DNA of 64,000 nt from Minisyncoccota bacterium (lineage in GTDB: Bacteria; Patescibacteriota; Minisyncoccia; Phycocordibacterales; JAQTLZ01): NCBI GenBank assembly GCA_028711065.1, contig JAQTSY010000004.1, positions 34,522 to 98,521 of the forward strand, read 5' to 3'. The position numbers and the translations under genes are program-made. A model generated the notes under the pieces. That model saw nothing but the letters and a program-made list of their open reading frames with translations. It made no database searches and was not told where the DNA came from. This document shows positions 9,875-18,827 of this stretch, piece after piece. Each line of letters begins with the position of its first letter. The stretch's first letter is position 1.

Positions 9875-11551
9875 TCAAGAAACCATTTTAATTTCGATCA
9901 CCCGCTGTAATTCGTCGAGAGAAGTTACCCCCTGAAGCACTTTGAGAACCCCATCCTGCTCCAGCGTGAGAAGTCCTTGCGGTGCTGCAGCAGCTCGGAT
10001 CTCCCGTTCGCTCGGATTTTCTTCAACCACTTTTTCAATTGCCTGATCGGTAAGTATTGCTTCATAAATTCCGACGCGTCCTTTGTAGCCAGTGCCATTG
10101 CACTTCTCACAGCCGACCGCTTCCCAGATTGTTTTCGCTTCCATTTTATACTCGGGAAGGACAATAGTAGACAAAATATATTTGATAAGTTTTTCGGTCT
10201 CTCCAGTAAGAGGGATTTCTTTTTTGCAATTTTGGCAGAGCGTTCGTACAAGTCTTTGGGCCAGGGCGATGTTGATTGCTGACGTGAGGATCTTTGGATT
10301 CACTCCGAGGTCTATGAGGCGCGGGAACGAACCCGCTGCATCGTTGGTGTGAAGTGTCGAGAAAACAAGGTGCCCTGTGAGAGCGGAATTGATAGCGATC
10401 TCTGCGGTTTCGGAATCTCGAATTTCACCAACCATGATGACATCCGGGTCCTGGCGGAGTGCAGAACGGAGTCCTGTGAGGAACGTATATCCTTTTTCAG
10501 CATCGGTCTGCGTCTGGACGATTCCAGGAAGATGATATTCAATCGGATCTTCAATAGTGATAATTTTTATTTCAGGCGTGTGGATTTTTTTGAGGAATGA
10601 ATAGAGAGTTGTCGTCTTTCCAGAACCTGTCGGACCAGTGGTGAGTATCATTCCGTTCGGCTTTGAAATTTCGTGTTCGAGAAGCTTCAAAAGTTTCGGT
10701 GAAATGCCAAGCTCTTCCATCGGCACATTAATTGTTTTTGGATTCAAGATTCGAAGAACGATAGACTCGCTGTATGCCCCAGGGAGGATTGAGGTTCGAA
10801 TTTCGATATTCTGCGCGTCGATGTGCACGCTAAATCGTCCGTCTTGGGCGTTTGCTTTAATGTTGAGTTTTAATCCGGAGAGAAGCTTTACTCGAGAGAG
10901 TAGGAGAGAGTAGGTATCCCGATCAAAAGTTAAAATGTCGAGAAGCACTCCGTCCAATCGATAGCGAAGTCGCACATACCCTTCTTCCGGTTCGAGATGG
11001 ATATCAGACGCAGAGGTTGCCAGCGCTCCGGCAACGATGATTTCGAGGATCTTTGAAATGCGGTAGCCTTTTTTTTGCACTAGCACGTCTTCAATGAGTT
11101 TCTTTACATCTTCGATCGTTTTGACATTTTTCAGGATTGAAGCAATTTCTTCATTTGAAATATCAAGTGCTCCTGCTTTCGTTTCGTAGGCGAATGAAAT
11201 ATCTTTATATCGCGACCAGGCTTTTTCAAGACTTGCGGTCGAGACGAGGAATGATGTGCATTCGTAGGCCCTGGCCTTAAGTTCACTTATGGTTTCAACA
11301 GTTTTTTCGTTTGCCGGAGTAAGCACGGCGATCTGAAGTTTTTTCCCGACCATATTAAAAATTGCCATCTTTGCTTCTCTAGCTTTTTCTTCCGGAATGA
11401 TGCCTAAAGCGTCGGTATTGATTGAGATTGCAGAGAGATCGAGATACCCTATGCCATATTTTTCTGAGAGTTCCTGTGCCAGTTCCTCTTCCTCTTTTTT
11501 GTAGAGTTCTTTTACTTTCTTTTTTTGTTTGTCGTCATCAAATTGAACCAT
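9875..11551 (-). CDS. pilB: type IV pilus assembly ATPase (GspE/PilB family)
   Basis: 558 aa; Walker A GPTGSGKTTT, Asp box, His box (TGHLVFSTLHTN), C-terminal tetracysteine zinc motif (CQNCKK...CEKCNGTGYKGR). Confidence 0.9.
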   Translation of the reverse strand: MVQFDDDKQKKKVKELYKKEEEELAQELSEKYGIGYLDLSAISINTDALGIIPEEKAREAKMAIFNMVGKKLQIAVLTPANEKTVETISELKARAYECTSFLVSTASLEKAWSRYKDISFAYETKAGALDISNEEIASILKNVKTIEDVKKLIEDVLVQKKGYRISKILEIIVAGALATSASDIHLEPEEGYVRLRYRLDGVLLDILTFDRDTYSLLLSRVKLLSGLKLNIKANAQDGRFSVHIDAQNIEIRTSILPGAYSESIVLRILNPKTINVPMEELGISPKLLKLLEHEISKPNGMILTTGPTGSGKTTTLYSFLKKIHTPEIKIITIEDPIEYHLPGIVQTQTDAEKGYTFLTGLRSALRQDPDVIMVGEIRDSETAEIAINSALTGHLVFSTLHTNDAAGSFPRLIDLGVNPKILTSAINIALAQRLVRTLCQNCKKEIPLTGETEKLIKYILSTIVLPEYKMEAKTIWEAVGCEKCNGTGYKGRVGIYEAILTDQAIEKVVEENPSEREIRAAAAPQGLLTLEQDGVLKVLQGVTSLDELQRVIEIKMVS

Positions 11552-11810
11552 GACAGCTTTAGTGTATCGTTTTTCCTGTCTAAAACAAAGAAAAAGATTC
11601 TCTTGACTTTCTGTTTATTAATGATATAAGATATTCTTAGGACTAGTCATCGAGAAGAATATCTTTTTGCGACATCGTTCGAACGTCATGAAAACCTTCG
11701 GTTTTCGCGTCGCTTCTCACTTGTCGCAATAAATCATCCAGACTAAAAAACCAAGGAGCGAATCCGTGCGGATTCCCTTAAAGCATTTGCACATCACATT
11801 GGAGGCGATC

Positions 11811-12215
11811 ATGTCTGCTCACGGCGGAGGCGGAAGTCACAAATCCTCCGGTGGTGGTGGAGGAGGAGGTGGGGGAAGTGGAGGAAGTCCTGGCATTGGA
11901 CTCGTTGCATTTTTTATCGTGGTCCCGATACTTCTCTTCAGTAGTTGGCGTGGGAAAGGGAAACCTTCTCTCCCACCAACACCAGTTGAAGAAAGTGTTC
12001 AAACTGAAGGGGATGAAGGATCTGAAGTGGCCACTCCAGAGCAGAGTACGCCTGAACCCTCTCAAATCCCGGAAGAATCTCTTGCGCAAGGTGATTTGAG
12101 ATACGGCCGAAATAGTTCGGTGGGCTCGAGGCCTCCGCAGATTACCCTTGAAAATGGGGCGGAAGTAAAAAAGTTCTATAGGCAAGAATTAGAACGGCTG
12201 CGTCAGAGACGATAG
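11811..12215 (+). CDS. glycine-rich single-pass membrane protein (hypothetical)
   Basis: poly-Gly tract (GGGGSHKSSGGGGGGGGGSGGSPG), one TM helix, Pro/Glu-rich tail; GGAGG RBS before ATG 11811; alternative GTG 11766 is inside a GAATCC-GTGC-GGATTC hairpin. Confidence 0.5.
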   Translation: MSAHGGGGSHKSSGGGGGGGGGSGGSPGIGLVAFFIVVPILLFSSWRGKGKPSLPPTPVEESVQTEGDEGSEVATPEQSTPEPSQIPEESLAQGDLRYGRNSSVGSRPPQITLENGAEVKKFYRQELERLRQRR

Positions 12216-12218
12216 CCG

Positions 12219-12246
12219 AAAGGGAGCGATTTCGCTCCTTTTTTCT
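12219..12246 (+). terminator. intrinsic terminator
   Basis: GGAGCGATTTCGCTCC hairpin + TTTTTT. Confidence 0.75.
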
Positions 12247-12283
12247 TGCCCAATGGTGTCATTTTTTGAAAACACAATGCCTA

Positions 12284-12311
12284 TTGACTTTTCCGTACGA
12301 AGTGCTATAAT
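12284..12311 (+). promoter_or_regulatory. sigma70-like promoter TTGACT-16-TATAAT for GC-rich gene
   Basis: near-consensus hexamers; followed by 5'UTR hairpin and AAAAGGAGA RBS before ATG 12406. Confidence 0.55.
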
Positions 12312-12405
12312 TGCACACAGACAGTGAAGAATCCTCAAGGCAGTCTCACTGCGAGATTGTGAGGGCAACTCTTCGTTGATAATCCAGGGAAAAGGAGAAT
12401 GTGTT

Positions 12406-13362
12406 ATGGCGATTTCCGCCGGAGAAAAAGCTCGGCTTCAGGGTCTGCTCGCGACCGCTAATACGCGTCGCGCAGCACTGCCGGGGGAGCTGACGGCCAA
12501 GGCTACGGCCTTTCAGACTGCCGAAAGCAATCTGACGACAGCCGAAGCCGCCGTGGTGACAGCGCAGACCGCGGTCACAGCGGCTGCCGGTTTGCCCGCG
12601 TTGCCGGCCGCTCAGGCCGATTTGACTGCGAAGACGGCCGCTCGCGATACCGCCAGAGCGGCGCGTGATACCGCGAAGACGGAGCACGAAGCCAAGGAGC
12701 GCGAGGTCTTGGACAACGAGACCGAGGTCGCGGGCCTGGAACACCAACTGAAGGCTCCGTGGCGTCAGAAGCTCGAGAAGTACGGCTGGATGGCCGGAGC
12801 CGCTGCGATCGTCCTGCTCATTTTGTTTTTCACGCGCGGCAGTTCGCCGGACGCGAAGGGCAAGGACAACGTGGCGGAGCAGGGCGCAACGACCAACAGC
12901 GCGGCACCGAAGGGCGCTGACGCTTCGACGGTGAACCAGGACATCTCGCTCAAGGTGTCGAAGGACAAGGATGGCCGCACGATTATCGTCGTCGACAATC
13001 CGACCGACAAGGTTCCGTTTCCGCAGCACGGAAAGAAGGACGGCGATCTCATCGTGACTCCGTCGGAGAACAACACGGGCGTCGCACTCCAGGGCCAAAG
13101 CGCTTCAAACGCGACGGCGACCAGGGAAATGGTGCTGACTTTGGACGATCTGTCCCAAGCCAACCAGAGCACCCAAGGCTGGAAGAGTGATGCTGACAAG
13201 AGCATCGAGCGGAGCCGGGACATGTTGCGGTGGATGAAAAACGAATACGATCCGCAGCGGCTCCAGGAGCACAAAAGGATGCTTCAGTTGAAGTATCCGT
13301 CGCCCGGAACGGACGATAGGGACGTCACAATAACCTTCCCAGGAGACAAGCCGGCCAAATAA
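12406..13362 (+). CDS. GC-rich hypothetical membrane protein: Ala-rich coiled-coil N-domain, TM helix, extracytoplasmic C-domain
   Basis: very high GC and GC3 compared with flanks; Ala/Thr-rich heptad-like N-terminus, TM WMAGAAAIVLLILFF; C-terminal motif ATREMVLTLDDLSQANQST shared with next gene. Confidence 0.6.
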   Translation: MAISAGEKARLQGLLATANTRRAALPGELTAKATAFQTAESNLTTAEAAVVTAQTAVTAAAGLPALPAAQADLTAKTAARDTARAARDTAKTEHEAKEREVLDNETEVAGLEHQLKAPWRQKLEKYGWMAGAAAIVLLILFFTRGSSPDAKGKDNVAEQGATTNSAAPKGADASTVNQDISLKVSKDKDGRTIIVVDNPTDKVPFPQHGKKDGDLIVTPSENNTGVALQGQSASNATATREMVLTLDDLSQANQSTQGWKSDADKSIERSRDMLRWMKNEYDPQRLQEHKRMLQLKYPSPGTDDRDVTITFPGDKPAK

Positions 13363-13377
13363 GCGCTGGCACATGGT

Positions 13378-13427
13378 ACAAAGAGGGAGAGAAAAGAGGC
13401 GGGGACACAATCTGGTGTCCCTTTTTT
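13378..13427 (+). repeat. copy 1 of duplicated 3' module (terminator GGGACAC-AATCTG-GTGTCCC + T-run)
   Basis: ACAAAGAGGGAGAGAAAAGAGGCGGGGACACAATCTGGTGTCCCTTTTTT; ~48/50 identical to 14484-14532. Confidence 0.85.
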
Positions 13428-13598
13428 CGTGCCTTTTGTCACTTCCACCCCTTGCTACCGTCTTCTTATGCGGACACTTGAAGCACTTGACAAAGCGGTG
13501 CTTTGTGTGCTATCATTAAGCCCAGCAGTACCTTGTGTTGTAGGAAGTTCAACCGTCAATCAGCCGCTTTGAGGCGGCAAACTTGGGGAGGATAGACG

Positions 13599-14456
13599 AT
13601 GAAAAACATCGTGTTGGTGATCGTGTTGTGCTTCGTGGCCAGTGTGGTCGCGGGCGAAGCCGGTGTGCCCACTCCGCAGCGCCAGAGTGATGAGTCGAAG
13701 TGGCAGGAGGCCACGGAGGCCGCCGCTACGCAGGAGTTGGTGTTGACGTTGAAAGACGTCAAGGACGCCAACGAAAACACCGCGCGGTACAAGCGGGAGC
13801 TTGAAGAGGAGCGGGGAAAGAAAGCCCGCTCCCATCATCATTCGGCCCGAGTGGATTCGGATGAAGGCGAGAGGACGAGTGAGGAGAGTGCGAAGAACAC
13901 TTCCTCCCGTCCGCCGTGCCCGCATCCCGGATACATCTGGGTGGAATCCGATGATGGCGGAAGCTGGCAACGGCCTCCGTGCGATGTTCCGGGCGGCGTC
14001 TGGTATAAAAACGCTGGCCGGTGGGGTTTGCTCCCTAAGGGCGCGACTCTGGGGAATGACGGCGTTTGGGAAAGCGTTCCGCATAAAGCGGCACCTGAAG
14101 GAAATCATACTTCGGTGAAGGTCCAATCACGCTACCCTGCGCTACCGCCCGGCCAATTCTACGGCGAGATTTGCCACAAGTGTGGACATGTCGTAGAAGT
14201 TGGGCAAGCATGCGGGTGCGAAACGGCCCACCACACGGTGAAGAAAGAAGTTGAAATAATCTACACCAACCCGGACCACTGCCCAGTGCCAGGATACTAC
14301 TGGCATCGCAAGCACAATATGTGGGAATGCCCACCCTCTCCAGGACCTGGGTGGGAGTGGAACCCGCGGGGATGGTATCAGACTCGTGATACCAGCCGCG
14401 AAGGGATCTACAGGCGGTGGGGAGTAAACTTCGGCTTCCAATACAACGGACGCTGA
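13599..14456 (+). CDS. GC-rich secreted Cys/Trp-rich hypothetical protein, paralogous motif to upstream gene
   Basis: signal peptide MKNIVLVIVLCFVASVVA; motif ATQELVLTLKDVKDANENT; two tandem CPxPGY(I/Y)W...PPC...PG..W modules; GGGGAGG RBS; TTGACA..TATCAT promoter at ~13486-13520. Confidence 0.6.
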   Translation: MKNIVLVIVLCFVASVVAGEAGVPTPQRQSDESKWQEATEAAATQELVLTLKDVKDANENTARYKRELEEERGKKARSHHHSARVDSDEGERTSEESAKNTSSRPPCPHPGYIWVESDDGGSWQRPPCDVPGGVWYKNAGRWGLLPKGATLGNDGVWESVPHKAAPEGNHTSVKVQSRYPALPPGQFYGEICHKCGHVVEVGQACGCETAHHTVKKEVEIIYTNPDHCPVPGYYWHRKHNMWECPPSPGPGWEWNPRGWYQTRDTSREGIYRRWGVNFGFQYNGR

Positions 14457-14483
14457 AGCGCACAAGGAAATTTGTACAAATAA

Positions 14484-14532
14484 ACAAAGAATGAGAGAAA
14501 AGAGGCGGGGACACAATCTGGTGTCCCTTTTT
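14484..14532 (+). repeat. copy 2 of duplicated 3' terminator module
   Basis: ACAAAGAATGAGAGAAAAGAGGCGGGGACACAATCTGGTGTCCCTTTTT. Confidence 0.85.
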
Positions 14533-14586
14533 CATTGCCAATTTTTTTGTATTGCCCGGCGCTTTTTAAAAGGATAGACTTTCATT

Positions 14587-15027
14587 ATGAAAAAGGAGAG
14601 CAGAAGTTTAAAAGAGACGGAAACAGTGGCGCATGATTTTGTATCGAAGCTACAAGCCACCAACTACAAGCCAAAAGCTACCCTTGTCGGTCTTTATGGA
14701 GATCTCGGCGCAGGCAAAACCACTTTCATGAAAGGCATAGCAAAAGCTTTCGGAATAGAAGAAGATGTAACGAGTCCGACTTTTGTTATAGAAAAGATTT
14801 TTCGATTGAAAGAAAAGTCGTTTGAACATTTGATTCATGTTGATGCATATCGATTGGAAAGCTCTGGCGAGTTACTAAATCTCGGCTGGAAAGAAATTTC
14901 TGAAAATCCGAAAAATATTATTTTCATAGAGTGGCCGGAAAAAGTGTCTGACATTTTGCCCAAAGAAATGCAGCATATTTATTTTAAACACGTAAACGAA
15001 AATGCCCGAGAAATTTCTTTTGAATAA
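14587..15027 (+). CDS. tsaE: tRNA threonylcarbamoyladenosine biosynthesis ATPase TsaE
   Basis: 146 aa; P-loop LYGDLGAGKTTFMKG. Confidence 0.8.
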   Translation: MKKESRSLKETETVAHDFVSKLQATNYKPKATLVGLYGDLGAGKTTFMKGIAKAFGIEEDVTSPTFVIEKIFRLKEKSFEHLIHVDAYRLESSGELLNLGWKEISENPKNIIFIEWPEKVSDILPKEMQHIYFKHVNENAREISFE

Positions 15028-15031
15028 CACG

Positions 15032-17452
15032 ATGCCGAAAAAAACCGAAAAAATAAAAAAAGAGGAGACGAAAGAGGCGCACGAGGCTGGTGGCAAGAAA
15101 AAGCTCGCCTTGCTCGACATGCACGCCATCATTCATCGTGCTTATCACGCACTGCCAGATTTTGCCACACGTGATGGTATTCCTACTGGAGCTCTGTATG
15201 GCCTTATTACCATGCTTCTGAAGCTCATCGGAGACATTAAGCCAGACTATATAATTGCTTGCTACGACTTGCCACAGGCCACCTACCGTCATGAACTCTA
15301 TGAGGATTACAAAGCTGGGCGAGCAAAAACCGATGAAGCGCTCGTGTCGCAGATCAAAAAATCTCGCGATGTATTGAAAGTATTTGGCATTCCCTTTTTT
15401 GAAGTGGGGGGATTTGAGGCGGACGATCTTTTGGGTACGATCGTTGAGAAAGTGAAGGATGATAAAAATATTTCTGTTGTCATTTGTTCGGGGGATATGG
15501 ATACGCTTCAGCTTGTCGATGATAAAAAAGTGCAGGTCTACACTTTGAAAAAGGGGATTAAAGATACGATTATTTACGATGAGGACATGGTACGGGAGCG
15601 ATTTGGATTTGGACCGAAACTTTTGCCTGACTACAAAGGTTTTCGAGGCGATCCTTCTGACAATATTATCGGTATTAAAGGGATTGGGGACAAAACTGCT
15701 TCGATTCTCATTCAGAAATTCGGTTCGGTTGAGCAAATTTATAAAGCACTGAAGAAAAATAAAAAGCAGTTTATCGAAGCTGGGCTTACAGAAAGAATCG
15801 TGGCTTTGCTTTCAGAACACGAAGAAGAGGCTATTTTCTCAAAGATGCTCGCTCTCATCCGCCGGGATGCTCCGATGGATTTTAAATTGCCCGCAAAGAA
15901 TTGGAAAGAAAATGTGGATTTTGATGCGCTTAAAAAACTTTTTCAGGAATTGGAATTTCGAACGCTCGGCGCGCGAGTGGACGAACTTGTGAATGGAAAG
16001 CCAACCCAGGGCGCGTTTCTTTCTTCGCCCACCGTGCAAGAAAATGTCGCACCAGGGCAGCTCAAAAAAGTTTCGGTGGCTCTCTGGCTTTTGGACTCAA
16101 ATATTACAAATCCGTCTCTCGAGGATGTTTTAGAATGGAGCGGAAAAAATACATTTGCGGAAGCACAGGATGTCATCATGAGCGAACTTAAAAAGCAGAA
16201 TTTGGAAAATGTGTACAAAGATATCGAGTTTCCGCTCATTCGTATCACCGAAAAGATGAAAGAGAGGGGAGTGAAAATTGACGCAAAATATTTGGCAGAA
16301 CTTTCGAAGGAGTATCACAAAAAACTTTCAACCCTTGAGGCGAAAATTTGGAAACATGCCGGGCAGGAATTTAATATTAATTCCCCGAAACAGCTCGGTG
16401 AAATCCTTTTCGACAAGATGGGTTTGGCTCCCAAGAATCAGAAAAAGACAGCGGGCGGTGCGAAATCTACAAAAGAATCCGAGCTCGAGAAGATGAAAGA
16501 ACTCCATCCGATTGTTGCCGAAATTTTGAGCTATCGCGAGCTCCAGAAGCTTCTCTCTACCTATATAGACACGATTCCGACCTTGATTGCGGATGATGGG
16601 CGGCTTCACGCTGAATTCATTCAAGCGGGTTCGACTACGGGAAGAATGGCATCGGCTAATCCGAATATGCAGAATATTCCGATCAAAAGCGAGCTTGGGC
16701 GAGTGATTCGAAATGCATTCGTGGCAGAGAAGGGATTTTCACTTGTTGAGCTCGATTATTCGCAGATGGAGCTTCGAGTTTCGGCATTCTTGTCAAAAGA
16801 TAAAAGAATGATAGAGATTTTCAAAAATAATCGGGATATTCACAACGAAGTGGCAGCTGCTGTGTTCGGTGTTTCTGCGAACAAAGTGGATTATGAAATG
16901 CGCCGTAAAGCGAAAGTGATTAATTTCGGCATTATTTACGGAATGGGAGTGAATGCACTTAAGCAGACGACTGGCTCAACGCGCGAAGAAGCGCAAAAGT
17001 TTTATGAAGAATATTTTAAAAATTTCTCCGGGCTTGCGGAATATCTTGAAAATGTGAAAAAAGAAGCAACTGCAAAAGGTTATACAGAAACATTTTTCGG
17101 CCGGCGTCGATTATTTCCTGACCTTCGCTCGCGACTTCCCTTTATTAAAGCGATGGCAGAAAGAATGGCGATCAACGCGCCGATTCAAGGGACTTCGGCG
17201 GATATCGTGAAGCTCGCAATGAAAAATGTTGACGCCTATATCGAAAAAAATAATTTAGACAAAGATGTCTATCTTCTTCTCCAAATCCACGACTCGCTTA
17301 TGTATGAAATTCGAACCGACCTTGTGAAAAAAGTCCTGCCGGAAATCCAGAAAATTATGGAAAATGTCATCCCGCCAGAAAAAATATTTGGGATTGTCTG
17401 CAAGACAAAAGCTTCGGTGGGGGAGAATTGGGACAGGATGAAAGAAGTATAA
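15032..17452 (+). CDS. polA: DNA polymerase I (5'-3' exonuclease + polymerase domains)
   Basis: ~807 aa from ATG 15032; FEN-like N-domain, Pol A motifs (DYSQMELR, QIHDSLMYE); short for a full 3'-5' exo domain. Confidence 0.88.
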   Translation: MPKKTEKIKKEETKEAHEAGGKKKLALLDMHAIIHRAYHALPDFATRDGIPTGALYGLITMLLKLIGDIKPDYIIACYDLPQATYRHELYEDYKAGRAKTDEALVSQIKKSRDVLKVFGIPFFEVGGFEADDLLGTIVEKVKDDKNISVVICSGDMDTLQLVDDKKVQVYTLKKGIKDTIIYDEDMVRERFGFGPKLLPDYKGFRGDPSDNIIGIKGIGDKTASILIQKFGSVEQIYKALKKNKKQFIEAGLTERIVALLSEHEEEAIFSKMLALIRRDAPMDFKLPAKNWKENVDFDALKKLFQELEFRTLGARVDELVNGKPTQGAFLSSPTVQENVAPGQLKKVSVALWLLDSNITNPSLEDVLEWSGKNTFAEAQDVIMSELKKQNLENVYKDIEFPLIRITEKMKERGVKIDAKYLAELSKEYHKKLSTLEAKIWKHAGQEFNINSPKQLGEILFDKMGLAPKNQKKTAGGAKSTKESELEKMKELHPIVAEILSYRELQKLLSTYIDTIPTLIADDGRLHAEFIQAGSTTGRMASANPNMQNIPIKSELGRVIRNAFVAEKGFSLVELDYSQMELRVSAFLSKDKRMIEIFKNNRDIHNEVAAAVFGVSANKVDYEMRRKAKVINFGIIYGMGVNALKQTTGSTREEAQKFYEEYFKNFSGLAEYLENVKKEATAKGYTETFFGRRRLFPDLRSRLPFIKAMAERMAINAPIQGTSADIVKLAMKNVDAYIEKNNLDKDVYLLLQIHDSLMYEIRTDLVKKVLPEIQKIMENVIPPEKIFGIVCKTKASVGENWDRMKEV

Positions 17453-17461
17453 TGAATTACC

Positions 17462-18163
17462 ATGTTTGAGAAACAACCAAATGAAGTGCCTTTTTCTGGG
17501 CTAAAAAAAACAGGAAAGAAAGGAAAATATTTCGAAATTAAATCTGTAGAAACAGATCCTGGTTTCGTTGTGAAAGAGGCAAAAACAAAATGGGGATTAT
17601 TTGAAACTGCTGGTGTACATCCTCTGAATGATATAGATAGAGCAAAAGCCGATCTGGATATTATGAAAGAAGATTTCGGTGAATTTATTCCGGGAACTAG
17701 CCTTGTTGTGGGGAAAAATGAAAAGGGTGAAAAAACATTCTATGCTGTCCAAGAGAAAATTGAGGGACAGGCTTTAGATAAGGTTGGCAATAATGAAGAA
17801 GTCCGTCAGCAATTAGAAAGTTTTTTTGACAAAGTAAGAGAAGCATTCAAGAAACACTTGTTTTATTATAAAAATTCCAGACAACCCCAGTCTATTTTCC
17901 CAGACATGAAAGGCTGGAATTTCATTTTTGGGACTAATCCAAAGAGGGGAGAAACAAAATCAAGATTGTATTTTATTGATACCTACCCCGTTGAGGGGGC
18001 TGATTTCAACGATGATTTTATAAATAGATATATACCGACGATTGTAAAACCAACTTTCCCAAGCGAATACTGGCCTGTCATAGATGACTTCAGAATGAAA
18101 TTAGCTGAAGAAATAAAACAACATATAAAAGCACACTCGGACGAAATACCTCGAGTAAATTAA
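17462..18163 (+). CDS. hypothetical protein with protein-kinase-like catalytic-loop motif
   Basis: 233 aa; DMKGWN (DxKxxN) followed by LYFIDTYP in place of DFG; no other recognisable domain. Confidence 0.3.
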   Translation: MFEKQPNEVPFSGLKKTGKKGKYFEIKSVETDPGFVVKEAKTKWGLFETAGVHPLNDIDRAKADLDIMKEDFGEFIPGTSLVVGKNEKGEKTFYAVQEKIEGQALDKVGNNEEVRQQLESFFDKVREAFKKHLFYYKNSRQPQSIFPDMKGWNFIFGTNPKRGETKSRLYFIDTYPVEGADFNDDFINRYIPTIVKPTFPSEYWPVIDDFRMKLAEEIKQHIKAHSDEIPRVN

Positions 18164-18173
18164 AATACTTTTT

Positions 18174-18827
18174 ATGTTTTATCTTTTTTATGGCATAGAG
18201 AGGGAAAAAGCTCGCGCCAAGAGAAACGCGACACTTTTAGGCGCACAAAAAAAGCGTCCTGACGCGGAAGTTTTCTCTATGGATGCAGAAGATTTTTCGG
18301 CTTCGAGACTTCAAGAATTTATCGGTTCCGCAGGGCTTTTTGAAAAGAAATTTATTGTTTGTATGAATTTTGTTTGTGAAGATAAAGAAAGGCTTTCCAC
18401 TGTTATTGAAAAATTGGAAGAGATGAAAGAAACAGAAAATCTCTTTTTGATTCTCGAAGGGAAACTCGATGCGAAATCTCTGGAGAAATTTAAAAAATAT
18501 GCTTTTAAAGTCGAGCAGTTTGAAGAGGAGAAAACGTTTGAAAAACCAAAATTCAATGTTTTCGCTTTGAGCGATGCATTCGGTCGTCGAGATGCGAAGG
18601 GCCTTTGGGCGCTTTATCTCAAAGCATTGGAAGAGGAATCCGCTCCAGAGGCGATTGCGGGTATGCTTTTCTGGAAGATTAAGTCACTTCTGCTTTCGGG
18701 GAGCAATCGTTACTCGGAGCGTGAGCTTGAAGAGATTTCTTCGAGATTGGTTTCGCTTTACCACGATTCTCATCGGGGTATTCATGAGTTCGAAATCGCA
18801 CTTGAGAGGTTTGTTTTGAGTGTTTGA
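18174..18827 (+). CDS. holA: DNA polymerase III delta subunit-like (HolA, short)
   Basis: N-terminal YLFYGIE...; C-terminal FALSDAFGRRDAKGLWALY resembles HolA C-domain; adjacent to polA. Confidence 0.45.
   Translation: MFYLFYGIEREKARAKRNATLLGAQKKRPDAEVFSMDAEDFSASRLQEFIGSAGLFEKKFIVCMNFVCEDKERLSTVIEKLEEMKETENLFLILEGKLDAKSLEKFKKYAFKVEQFEEEKTFEKPKFNVFALSDAFGRRDAKGLWALYLKALEEESAPEAIAGMLFWKIKSLLLSGSNRYSERELEEISSRLVSLYHDSHRGIHEFEIALERFVLSV

Noticed and set aside
12346-14541. Long minus-strand ORFs (12346-13098, 12765-13274, 13560-14126, 14035-14541) in the GC-rich island
   Set aside because: They are Arg/His/Cys-rich and lack RBS or promoters. They are antisense to plus-strand genes that have promoter, RBS, signal peptide/TM and terminator. 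High GC suppresses stop codons on the opposite strand.
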